A program made the translations under genes and the position numbers. Positions 19,701-27,591 of a stretch of DNA of 32,000 nucleotides are shown here, piece after piece. The notes under the pieces are model-generated. The model was not told where the DNA came from. It did not search any database and worked only from the letters and a program-made list of their open reading frames with translations. Origin of the DNA: Edaphobacter aggregans (GTDB taxonomy: Bacteria; Acidobacteriota; Terriglobia; Terriglobales; Acidobacteriaceae); NCBI RefSeq assembly GCF_003945235.1, contig NZ_RSDW01000001.1:1200001-1232000 (forward strand), written 5' to 3'. Each line of letters opens with the position of its first letter. Position 1 is the stretch's first letter.

Positions 19701-20472
19701 CCTCCACGTAGTACTCCACGCTCTCCGGAAGCCCCGCAAACAGGAACTGATATCCCTTCCCACCCTCCTCAGCCTGCATCGCCACCGGCTCCCACTTCGA
19801 CGTACTCTGATATCGCGCATACAGATTGACCTTGTTCGTCTCCAACCCCATCACCTGAGCCGTCACCAACTGATCACTGTTGCGCCGCACCGCCGCATCT
19901 CCCGGCGTCACGCGAATCTCATATAGTGGAGCCACATTTTTCTTCGGCCCAGTCCACAGCAACGAAGCCCCGTACCCCAGATAGCCCGGCCCAGCCGCAA
20001 TCATCCACAACAGCACTCCCGCGCAAACCACCCCCGCACTCAACAGCACCAGCAGTCGCGTCTGTGGCACAAGCTGCGCCGGATGAGCATCTCCCGCAAC
20101 CGAAAGCGTGTCCGCAGCCAGCAGTTCAATAAAAGGATCACCCGTCTGTTCCCGCTCTGCAAACGTCACCAGCCGCTGATCAAGCTCAGGAAATGCAGCC
20201 TCCGCTCGATGGATCGATCGCCGCCGATTCAACCGCAGCCACGGGAGTGCCAACCCAAATCCCAACGCCGCCGCAACTAGCCCTAGTAACACCAACCGCG
20301 CAGGAGTCAGCCAATGCTCCGGAAACGCATATCGATTCAGTATCAGTGTCAGAAGAACTGTCGCCACTAGCGCAACCGCGGCCACCCCAGCGGCACCCCG
20401 CACCGAAGCATCCAGCCGCAACCGCTGCTGCACTTGCCCGATGTAGAGGTTGAGCTGCTCTCGCCGGCTCAT
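16747..20472 (-). CDS. Large membrane-anchored DUF4175-like protein with extended coiled-coil and Gln/Gly/Arg-rich low-complexity regions
   Basis: 1241 aa with three predicted N-terminal TM helices, a ~300-aa beta-rich region and long E/Q/K/A coiled-coil-like segments. It has two Gly9 runs and an ~89-aa QG/RGG tract. The conserved tail is PPGYQDAVAEYYRRLG. Its ATG overlaps the upstream gene's TGA (ATGA at 20469-20472). Confidence 0.8.
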   Translation of the reverse strand: MSRREQLNLYIGQVQQRLRLDASVRGAAGVAAVALVATVLLTLILNRYAFPEHWLTPARLVLLGLVAAALGFGLALPWLRLNRRRSIHRAEAAFPELDQRLVTFAEREQTGDPFIELLAADTLSVAGDAHPAQLVPQTRLLVLLSAGVVCAGVLLWMIAAGPGYLGYGASLLWTGPKKNVAPLYEIRVTPGDAAVRRNSDQLVTAQVMGLETNKVNLYARYQSTSKWEPVAMQAEEGGKGYQFLFAGLPESVEYYVEAGPVRSKHFNFRVVDLPAVKQIEVTYHYPKWTGLQQVSEEHSGDLRALEGTDAELTVVMDAPLKDGVLVMDSGQPLHLTGGEGNRYRGTIHMEKDGAYHVAGIDQGQQVRLSEDYFISTSKANPPEIAIDRPGQDYRASPIEEVTVGVRAGAEFGLHQMTLHYSVNGGPEQTVNLLKEDGAKSSKGSTTLSLEDFKLVPGDVVSLYATAKDAHAESRTDISFIQADPFEREFSQSQQMGGGGGGGGGQGQGNQTDISRREKELIAATWKQLNDKASTAKQAEDMGKVLSEAQVKLREQVMALSGRMQSRDLEAANEEFNSFEKDMQAAAAAMTPSAEKLKQLAWRDAMPNEQKALQALLRAEATFRQIQVAFGQRGGGGGGGGGAGRDLASLFDLELDTEKNQYETAQTGSPAEEQAKKVDEALEKLDALARRQEELAQQEQNKAQTFQQRWQQEMLRREAEQLQREMEQMQGQQGGQQSADGSSGQGKAGQGKQSQSQQAQGRLQGGANSDSKDGGVDPRVQQALNRLRAANEAMSRAGGQPQNGQPQGQQGSEQARRAAEHLREATNLLGGAQKEQASGKLDSLSREAGRLAKEQAAQADRIRSLAGKQDENNEPTPEDMAARAQQRNKLASDRQQLSDDLSHLEKGLRDTARELAPNQPGTSSKLRDALGEMDQSDLGNRVQRTADWLRRGINPNTNGTEEEIASGLRKLSDEVRQAQQGMGAERDGQSKAGQGTQAAALDHVERLRSEIQSLSSGRGQGGQRQGQGTQQGQRGQQSGQGGQGGQQGQGGARGDAQGGGQQGGGQRGGDLRGGGQPGIRSGDPQSGESGDIGNYEPRGGGGGIVTYNVNTGDNKFDQTQRRQTGQNNGAVPPDSELVINQGLQELNHLRQLAKNDPAALREIQDLVKEMQRLDPSRFPGNPEMVEQLHTQVLNDVDKLELQLRRNTDDPQPGQVRTSKSPTVPPGYQDAVAEYYRRLGRTQ
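17167..17433 (-). repeat. Cryptic coding low-complexity repeat (GQ/RGG-rich, ~89 aa) inside the DUF4175-like gene
   Basis: The plus strand shows reiterated CCCTG/CCACC/CTGTTG units. The translation is SSGRGQGGQRQGQGTQQGQRGQQSGQGGQGGQQGQGGARGDAQGGGQQGGGQRGGDLRGGGQPG…PRGGGGG. Confidence 0.7.
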
Positions 20473-22493
20473 ACTTCCTCCCGCTGCGTGCCCAGGTAGC
20501 GGCTGGCCACCACCGACTCAGCCACCGCCGCGATCAGTATCAAAAGCATAACCCACCACCACAGGCTGTACGCGTTCTTTTTCTCTTCCCCAGCCGCAGC
20601 GGCCACCCCCTGGGTCGCAGCCACATCGGCATTTCCACTCCCGCTCCAAAGCTTCAGTACATCCTGCGGAATCAAATCCAGCCCCGACTCCCGCCGATCC
20701 GGATTCACCGCAATCAGCGCATCCCGGCCATTTGCGAACCGTATCTGATAGAAACCAGCGCGCGTCAGCCGCAACGACTGCGCCGCAGCCTCCTCCTGCA
20801 GCGACAAAGGCCGCTTCCCATCCGGCCCCACGATCTCTACCGACGCTCCCTGATTTCCCTCATTCGTCACGCTCCGCAACTGCACAAACGAGTCCACGAC
20901 CCTCGCTCCACTCAGCCGCTCCACGCCCGAAAGATACCGCGCCGACTGATCGACGAACGGCACAAACGCCGGATGCAGCGGAAGATCATTCGTCACATTA
21001 TCGAAGCCCGATGCAAACACCAGCACATGCCCCTGCCCAATCTGCTTATCCATAAGCAGCGGAGTTCCATCAGCCAGCCGAGCCGCCACACGCGAACGAC
21101 CCGCATCCACCACCGTCGCATAGTAAAACTTCGCATCCTTCCAACCCGCTGACTCCTTCATCGCAGGATGCGACCCATCCACCTGCCCAACATTCGAGAA
21201 ACCTCCAGCCCGCGAATAAAACCGTGCGTCGCTCGCACTCTCTCCAAACACAGGAATCCGTTGACGATGTGCCTCCGAAGTCCCCACCGCAATCAGAACG
21301 CTGCCGCCATTCTTCACATACTGCAACAAGCTGTTCTCCAAAATCGACGGTATAGACACCACATCCGACAGCACCACAAATGCATACTTCGTAGGATCAG
21401 CATCCGCCGCCTGATCAGCCAGAATCGGCTGCAACACAAACGACGCCTGCGCAGCAGCTGCCAACGCCGAACCAAAATAAAGCGCGGACCGCGAGTCCCC
21501 CGCCTGATGCACAAACAACACCCGCTCCGGGTCAGCCCGCTTCACCGCAAAGCTGCTCGCATCATCCACCGGAAATCCATCCGCAGCATCGATTCTCACC
21601 TCGCACCGGTTCGCACCATAGGGCACGTCAAGCGACTCGAACGCGACCGTCGCCCGCCCATCCGCCGGCACCTCCACCTTCTTCATCAAAGCAACCGTGC
21701 CATTGATAATCAGCGACACAGTACGCGTCGCCGCCGGAGTCTGATGTCCCGCAATCACCGCCAACACTCGCGCCCTCTTAGGATCGACCAGCTGCCCCGG
21801 GGCCTCCACGCTCTCCACTGTCCAGTTCGGCACCGCAGCCTTCGCCACCGGATGCAGCACCAGCAAGACATTGCCCGGCATCACCATATCGGCAAAGTTC
21901 ACCGGCATATTCGAAGCCTGCATATCGCTGAACAGATGCAAATCCACCGGCGTATGCACTGTCTCCGTCAGCGCCCTCATCCCGCGCCCCAACTCGCCGA
22001 AGTTGCTCCGCGAATCACCGGGCTGAATACTCTCAACCGCAGCCTTCAGCGCACCAGCATCCTTTATCGGCTGAGTCAGTACCTGCAACTCATCACTCAA
22101 CACCATCACCTGCGCACGCTGTGACGGCTTCCGCGTCGCCAGAACATCCAGCGCTCCTCGCTTCGCATCGTCCAACCGCGTCCCCGCACGCATGCTGAAC
22201 GAATTGTCGACCACAACCACTAACAATCGGTCGCTCGCAACCGCTGATGATCGCCGCAAAAACGGATTCGCAAATACGAGTGCCAGCAACAACACCAACA
22301 ACGCGCGCAAACTGAACAGCAACAGATAGCGCAGTTTTCTGTGCCGCGTCGAACTCTGCGTTCCGCGCTCAAAGAACATCAACGAACTCACTGGCCTCGG
22401 CGTCGTCACATGCCGCCGAAGCAAGTGGATGTACACCGGCAGCCCCACCGCCGCCAGACCCGCCAGAAACCACGGGGCAAGAAAGCCCATCAT
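20469..22493 (-). CDS. BatA N-terminal-domain membrane protein with VWA-like domain (Bat/aerotolerance-operon family)
   Basis: 674 aa. The N-terminus MMGFLAPWFLAGLAAVGLPVYIHLLRR matches the BatA_N pattern. A MIDAS-type motif VVVDNSFSM (DxSxS, 22194-22208) and a C-terminal TM helix (LWWWVMLLILIAAVAESVV) are present. ATGA overlaps occur at both ends. Confidence 0.8.
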   Translation of the reverse strand: MMGFLAPWFLAGLAAVGLPVYIHLLRRHVTTPRPVSSLMFFERGTQSSTRHRKLRYLLLFSLRALLVLLLALVFANPFLRRSSAVASDRLLVVVVDNSFSMRAGTRLDDAKRGALDVLATRKPSQRAQVMVLSDELQVLTQPIKDAGALKAAVESIQPGDSRSNFGELGRGMRALTETVHTPVDLHLFSDMQASNMPVNFADMVMPGNVLLVLHPVAKAAVPNWTVESVEAPGQLVDPKRARVLAVIAGHQTPAATRTVSLIINGTVALMKKVEVPADGRATVAFESLDVPYGANRCEVRIDAADGFPVDDASSFAVKRADPERVLFVHQAGDSRSALYFGSALAAAAQASFVLQPILADQAADADPTKYAFVVLSDVVSIPSILENSLLQYVKNGGSVLIAVGTSEAHRQRIPVFGESASDARFYSRAGGFSNVGQVDGSHPAMKESAGWKDAKFYYATVVDAGRSRVAARLADGTPLLMDKQIGQGHVLVFASGFDNVTNDLPLHPAFVPFVDQSARYLSGVERLSGARVVDSFVQLRSVTNEGNQGASVEIVGPDGKRPLSLQEEAAAQSLRLTRAGFYQIRFANGRDALIAVNPDRRESGLDLIPQDVLKLWSGSGNADVAATQGVAAAAGEEKKNAYSLWWWVMLLILIAAVAESVVASRYLGTQREEV

Positions 22494-23383
22494 CTTCCTC
22501 CCGGACGAAGGAACAGATACTCGCTCAACGCCGCATCCAAAGGCCGGTCCGTCACCAGCAGGTGATAGTCCATCCCTGCAGCACGAGTTCGCTCGCTCAT
22601 CTGCTCGAGATGGCTATCCATCTTCTTGCGATACTCACCCTTCACATACTCCGGTATCACCTCAAGCCGCTGCTCCGTCTCCATATCCACCAAAATCGAA
22701 GGCCCGCGCAGCTCCGGCCGTATCTCCTTCGGATCCAACACGTGGAACAGCACCACATCACTCCCATGAAAGCGCAGCGGCTCGATCGTCTTCACAATAG
22801 TCTCCGGTGACTCATAAAAATCCGAGATCACCAACACCACACCACGTCTGCGCAGAAACTCCTGAAAGTGCGCCAACGGCTTCATAAAATTTGTGCGCGC
22901 CCTCGGCTCTGCCTGCTCCAACCCTGCAAGCAACCGATGCAGCTGCCCTTGTCGCGTCGAAGGCCGTATATAGTTCCGCACCTCGTCATCGAACACAATC
23001 AATCCCGCCGGATCGTGCTGATTATGAATCGCCAGATAGAACAGCGAAGCCGCCGTATACCGTGCATAGTCCATCTTCGACACTGCATGCGAGCCATAGT
23101 TCATTGAATTGCTCGCATCAAGCAGAATCGTCAGCTGGCTATTCGTCTCACCCCGATACCGCTTCAGATAGCAACGCTCTGTCCGCGCAAACAAATTCCA
23201 ATCCACATGCCGCAGATCATCCCCCGGCGTATAAGCGCGATACTCCGCAAACTCCTGACTGAAACCGAAATCCGGCGAACGATGCAGTCCTGCCACAAAG
23301 CCGTCTACCACCGTCTTCGCAACCAGGTCCAGTCCGGAGATACCAGCCAGCACCGCGGGATCGAGAAACCGTTGCACCTTCAC
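22490..23383 (-). CDS. DUF58 domain protein (VWA-fold, MoxR-associated)
   Basis: 297 aa. It has the family pattern HRSPDFGFSQEFAEYRAYTPGDDLRHVDWNLFARTERCYLKRY and DxSxS in LLDASNSM (23105-23119). The GTG start overlaps the MoxR TGA (GTGA). Confidence 0.88.
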   Translation of the reverse strand: MKVQRFLDPAVLAGISGLDLVAKTVVDGFVAGLHRSPDFGFSQEFAEYRAYTPGDDLRHVDWNLFARTERCYLKRYRGETNSQLTILLDASNSMNYGSHAVSKMDYARYTAASLFYLAIHNQHDPAGLIVFDDEVRNYIRPSTRQGQLHRLLAGLEQAEPRARTNFMKPLAHFQEFLRRRGVVLVISDFYESPETIVKTIEPLRFHGSDVVLFHVLDPKEIRPELRGPSILVDMETEQRLEVIPEYVKGEYRKKMDSHLEQMSERTRAAGMDYHLLVTDRPLDAALSEYLFLRPGGR

Positions 23384-24408
23384 ACCTCCTTCGGTGGCGG
23401 CATATGCGCCAGCAAGCGCTGCAGAATCTCATCCGAATCAATCCGCTCCGACTCCGCATGAAAGTTCAGCAGAATGCGATGCCGCAACACAGGAAGCACC
23501 AACGCTTGAACATCGTCATACGTCACGTGATAACGCCGCCGCGACAACGCCCGAGCCTTCGCCGCCAGCACAATAAACTGCGCCGCTCGAATGCTCCCGC
23601 CATAGTTCACATACTTCTTCACAAAATCCGGCGCGTTCTCACTCTTATGCCGCGTCGCCCGCACTAGATTCACCACATACCGAGCCAGCGATTCGGCAAT
23701 CGGAACCATCCGCACCAGCTGCTGAAACTCCAACAGCTCCCCCGCACTCGTCACCGCGCTCACCTGCACCACCTTCGTCGCCGTCGTCAGATCGACAACC
23801 TTCAACTCATCAGTCGCACTCAGATAATCCAGCAACGTGTTGAACAGAAACCGATCCAGCTGAGCCTCAGGCAACGGATATGTCCCCTCCAACTCAATCG
23901 GGTTCTGCGTCGCCAGCACGAAGAACGGCGAAGGCAACCTGTAGACATGCCCGCGCACCGTGCACGACCCCTCTTGCATCGCTTCCAGCATCGCCGCCTG
24001 CGTCTTCGGCGGAGTCCGATTAATCTCATCTGCCAACACGACATTGCCGAAGATCGGACCCTCGACAAATGTCCACTTCCGATGCCCCGTCGTCACATCC
24101 TCTTCAATAATGTCCGTCCCAGTAATGTCTGAAGGCATCAAGTCAGGAGTGAATTGGATCCTCCTGAACGTCAACCCCAGCGTCTCCGCAATCGTGCGCA
24201 CCATCAGCGTCTTCGCCGTTCCCGGCATTCCAGTGATGAGGCAATGGCCGCCCACAAACAACGCGATGAGTATCTGGTCCAGCACCTCATCCTGCCCCAC
24301 AATCACCTGTCGCACCTGGGCAAGGATGCCATCGCGCACCGTCTGGAACCGTTCAATGCGCTGCTGCAGTTGGGCTACATCCGGCGTCAGTTCCGCAGTA
24401 ATCTCCAT
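23380..24408 (-). CDS. moxR: MoxR-family AAA+ ATPase
   Basis: 342 aa with Walker A GMPGTAKT (24208-24231) and Walker B VVLADEINR. It also has IQFTPDLMPSDITG, ATQNPIELEGTYPLPEAQLDRF and a typical MoxR C-terminal helical lid. Confidence 0.93.
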   Translation of the reverse strand: MEITAELTPDVAQLQQRIERFQTVRDGILAQVRQVIVGQDEVLDQILIALFVGGHCLITGMPGTAKTLMVRTIAETLGLTFRRIQFTPDLMPSDITGTDIIEEDVTTGHRKWTFVEGPIFGNVVLADEINRTPPKTQAAMLEAMQEGSCTVRGHVYRLPSPFFVLATQNPIELEGTYPLPEAQLDRFLFNTLLDYLSATDELKVVDLTTATKVVQVSAVTSAGELLEFQQLVRMVPIAESLARYVVNLVRATRHKSENAPDFVKKYVNYGGSIRAAQFIVLAAKARALSRRRYHVTYDDVQALVLPVLRHRILLNFHAESERIDSDEILQRLLAHMPPPKEV

Positions 24409-24424
24409 CGATTAGCATCCCTCT

Positions 24425-26665
24425 CTAATTAGGTTTTTCAGATTTGTTTGCGTCCGTCCCTTTGCTCTCTTCCGACTTGATCTGCAACAACAACTTCTGT
24501 GCGGGCCTAAACCCCGGAGCAGTCTCCAGCGCCAGCAGCACGCTCTCCTCAGCCTTATCCTTCTCGCCTGCCGCAAAGTACGCCTGCGCCAGGTCAAACT
24601 CTGCCGACGCCTTATCCAGCGGCTTCAACGCCAGCACTGCCGAATACTCCCGCACCGCGCCAGCGTAATTGCCCTGCGCCAACCACAACTCTCCAAGATG
24701 CCGATGCAGCCCTTCACTCTCCGGATAGATAAAGTTAATCCGATCCAGCGTAGCCGCAGCCTCCTTCGCATGGCCCAACTCTTCTTCAAGAGACGCCAGC
24801 TTCGTCAGCGCCTCCGGACTCTCGCCGCCCATCTTCTCGTAAGCAGTTAGTGTAGCCATCGCGCCCTGCTTATCACCTTTCGCCAGCTGCGCCACCGCGA
24901 AAAACTCATACGCGTTAGCATCCCCGACATACTCCGGATACATCCGCAACACCTCCGGAGCAGCCTTCACCACAGCATCATTCTGCTTCGACTCGGCCAA
25001 GGTCGCTAGCTCCTTCAAACCCTTGCGCCAGGCGTCGAAGTTCGCCGCCGTCTGCCCGGCACGCTTCTCCAACCACGCCATATACGCCTTGTCGAACTCC
25101 TCCGGCGATATCTGCAAATCCTTCTGGATCACTTCCGGCGTTGTCTTCAGCGCCGCAAACGAGTGCACCATCTCCAGCAGCTTGTCATCGCCCCACCGCT
25201 GCTTGATGTAGTCGCAGATGCTCCCCGCCTGAAAGTACGAAACCACCACCTGCGACGGATACTCCGGAAAAATAAATCCCTGATCCATCTGCGCAACCGG
25301 CAGCAGTTTCTTGTCGCGTATCGCCAGCAGCACCTCCGGCGTCAATCGATCACTCCACTCCGGCGAAGCCTCACCCTCCTCATGCACCGCAAGCCCCTCC
25401 GTAAACCACCGCGGCACGCGATGATTCGTCGCCGACAAAATGTACACGTGGCTCATCTCATGCCACAACGTAGCGCCCCAATTGAACTCGCCCGGCTTCC
25501 TCCCCGACGGACTATCCATCGCCACCACCTCGCCAAACGTCACGCCCAGCGCGCCCAACCCCGGCATCCCCATCGTGCGCACCGCAAAGTCCTCATGGTC
25601 GGGATACACCTCCAACTGCACCGGCCCCGGCAACTTCATCTTGTACTTCTTCTCATACGCCGCCATCGCCTTATGTAACTCCGCTTCAAAATAAGGTCGC
25701 AGCAACTCCGCCTCATTCTTTCGCAACTTCAGAATCGTCGTGTCATCCCGAAAGATCACAAAATTCTTGTAGCTATCCAGCAGCCGCAGACTATTCACTG
25801 TCGCAGCATCACGCTGGCCGTTGTTGTAGCTCATCTCCAATTGCTTGAGCGGCTCCTCCTCCTGCCCAAGCCGCATCAGATTGATTCCCAACTGCGACCG
25901 CGCCGCCCACAACTTCGGATCAGCCTCAATCGCCTTGCGATAATACGCAACCCCATCTTCATACCGCCGATTCAGCACCAGGTGATAACCCACCAGCGCG
26001 TACCCTTCACCATAAGAAGGATTCACCGCGCGTATCTTCGCAAACCAGACATCAGGCGAACGATCCGCGAGCACCTCCACCGCTGCATGCACAGCCATCG
26101 CCTCCAACGCCTCGTTCGACAGAGCAATCGCCTTGTCCGCCTCCTCCACCGCCACCTGAGTCTTTGAATTCTCAAGCGCAAGATTCGCCTTCAACTCATG
26201 CGCCTCCACCAGCTTCGGATCAAGCATCAAGGCCTTCGCCGTATACTCCTCCGCCTTGCTATCAAAACCATCCGCACTCACCAGCGCCAACCCCAGATAC
26301 GCCCGCGCGTTTGTCGAGTCCTGCTGCAAGGCCTCATTGAAAAGATCGACCGCCTCTTTATTGTTGAAGCGCTCATGCAGCAACAATCCCCATCGCACGC
26401 GATAGATCGCCTTACTCCCCGGCTGCGCAACCGCCGCACGAAACGCCTCATTCGCCTGCTCGTACTGCTCCAATCCCCAAAGCCCCTCCGCTCGCAGATA
26501 AGCATCGTTGCTTCGACTCAACGTCTCGTAGCAGGCATTTGCCTCCGCCCGCTGACCATGCTTACGCAATGCATCGCAACTCTCCAGCGTCGCCGCAGCC
26601 GCAGCCCATCCCGTGCCAGCCAAAGCCAGCACAAGCACAGCGCCGCATCTACCAAGCGAAATCAC
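24425..26665 (-). CDS. Secreted TPR-repeat protein with central Peptidase_MA-like (HExxH…E) zinc-metalloprotease domain
   Basis: 746 aa with a signal peptide. Multiple TPR-like A/Y/L-rich repeats occupy both termini. A central WHEMSHV (HEMSH at 25448-25462) is followed 17 residues later by WFTEGLAVHEE, a gluzincin/Peptidase_MA_2-type pattern. The GTG start overlaps the upstream TGA. A 16-nt gap containing AGAGGGA precedes moxR. Confidence 0.78.
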   Translation of the reverse strand: MISLGRCGAVLVLALAGTGWAAAAATLESCDALRKHGQRAEANACYETLSRSNDAYLRAEGLWGLEQYEQANEAFRAAVAQPGSKAIYRVRWGLLLHERFNNKEAVDLFNEALQQDSTNARAYLGLALVSADGFDSKAEEYTAKALMLDPKLVEAHELKANLALENSKTQVAVEEADKAIALSNEALEAMAVHAAVEVLADRSPDVWFAKIRAVNPSYGEGYALVGYHLVLNRRYEDGVAYYRKAIEADPKLWAARSQLGINLMRLGQEEEPLKQLEMSYNNGQRDAATVNSLRLLDSYKNFVIFRDDTTILKLRKNEAELLRPYFEAELHKAMAAYEKKYKMKLPGPVQLEVYPDHEDFAVRTMGMPGLGALGVTFGEVVAMDSPSGRKPGEFNWGATLWHEMSHVYILSATNHRVPRWFTEGLAVHEEGEASPEWSDRLTPEVLLAIRDKKLLPVAQMDQGFIFPEYPSQVVVSYFQAGSICDYIKQRWGDDKLLEMVHSFAALKTTPEVIQKDLQISPEEFDKAYMAWLEKRAGQTAANFDAWRKGLKELATLAESKQNDAVVKAAPEVLRMYPEYVGDANAYEFFAVAQLAKGDKQGAMATLTAYEKMGGESPEALTKLASLEEELGHAKEAAATLDRINFIYPESEGLHRHLGELWLAQGNYAGAVREYSAVLALKPLDKASAEFDLAQAYFAAGEKDKAEESVLLALETAPGFRPAQKLLLQIKSEESKGTDANKSEKPN

Positions 26666-27591
26666 TTCTCCAACTCTCCTTGCACCGTCGCCAATTGCAA
26701 TAGTGCCTCCGTCAACTGCTTCTTGTAATCCCCCGGATCCATCGCCGCCTTCTGATACTTCAATGCATCGATCTTCTGTTCCAGTTCCTCCTTCTTCATC
26801 AGCAAATCCCTCTTCGCCGGATCATTCATCGCCGCCTGACTCGCTCCGATCCGCACCACTGTCAAACTCGAAAGCAACGCTCCCTCTCTGCCCTGCACCG
26901 CAACTGCACGCACCGCTTCACCACGTCCCGTGTCTTCGAACACCGCATGCTCTGTAGCCAGCCGTTTTTGCGACTCATAAAATCCTGCCGTCTTGCGGTC
27001 AGCATACTGAAACGCCTCCATCGCGCTGATTGACTCGCTCTTGTCCACATCCGCCGTCGGATCCTGCAACGCCTCCACCCAGTACCGCGCGAATACCGTT
27101 GCATTCTTCTCCGTGCCCGTCTTCGTCGCCGCAATCACACCACGCCCCGGCCGCTCCAACGCCGCCACCGCCCCCCCACTCGCACTCGTCGTATTCACCA
27201 CCAACTGACGCCGCGCCGGCACCTTGTCGCACATCGCCGCCAGCTCAGCCGCCGACACATCCGGGCCCACCAAATTAAACTTGTACTCCACACCATCAAA
27301 CGACCCATGCCCAATCAGCGTCAGCACAAAATCATCCTCGGGTTTCGCATCACGCGCCACCGCAGCCATCATCTCCGTCAGCCGTGCCCTCGTCGCTTGA
27401 TTCCCTGTCAACGTATAGACATGCGCACCACTTGAAGCCTTGAACACCTTGTCCAAATCCTTGGCCGTCGCCGTAAATCGCTGCTCATAATCCGGCTCAC
27501 CCCCAAGTCCTGCCACCGTGACGTAGTACACACTCGCTCGCATAGGCGACACTGCCAACAGCACTCCGCACATTGCAAGCGCGAGCCTCAT
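26662..27591 (-). CDS. Secreted legumain/C13 (caspase-fold)-like protein with C-terminal coiled coil; the catalytic Cys position appears to be Ser
   Basis: I place the start at the internal ATG 27591 (MRLALAMCGVLLAVSPMRA…, a signal peptide). It forms an ATGA overlap with the upstream stop, whereas the track's 27672 start would overlap the upstream gene by 85 nt. The body aligns by eye with legumain: DDFVLTLIGHGSFDG against DHIFVYFTDHGSTG, and QLVVNTTSASGG against MVFYIEACESGS. The CDS itself is well supported; the family call is tentative. Confidence 0.6.
   Translation of the reverse strand: MRLALAMCGVLLAVSPMRASVYYVTVAGLGGEPDYEQRFTATAKDLDKVFKASSGAHVYTLTGNQATRARLTEMMAAVARDAKPEDDFVLTLIGHGSFDGVEYKFNLVGPDVSAAELAAMCDKVPARRQLVVNTTSASGGAVAALERPGRGVIAATKTGTEKNATVFARYWVEALQDPTADVDKSESISAMEAFQYADRKTAGFYESQKRLATEHAVFEDTGRGEAVRAVAVQGREGALLSSLTVVRIGASQAAMNDPAKRDLLMKKEELEQKIDALKYQKAAMDPGDYKKQLTEALLQLATVQGELEK

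Noticed and set aside
17221-19926. Three consecutive long plus-strand ORFs (17221-17991, 18268-19056, 19063-19926; 256-287 aa) lie antisense to the DUF4175-like gene. Similar ones occur at 21168-22124, 25163-25678 and 27813-28778.
   Set aside because: Their translations are dominated by Arg, Leu, His, Pro, Gln and Ile and carry no recognisable motifs. Each lies entirely within a minus-strand gene that has strong family signatures. These are typical stop-poor shadow frames of high-GC coding DNA.
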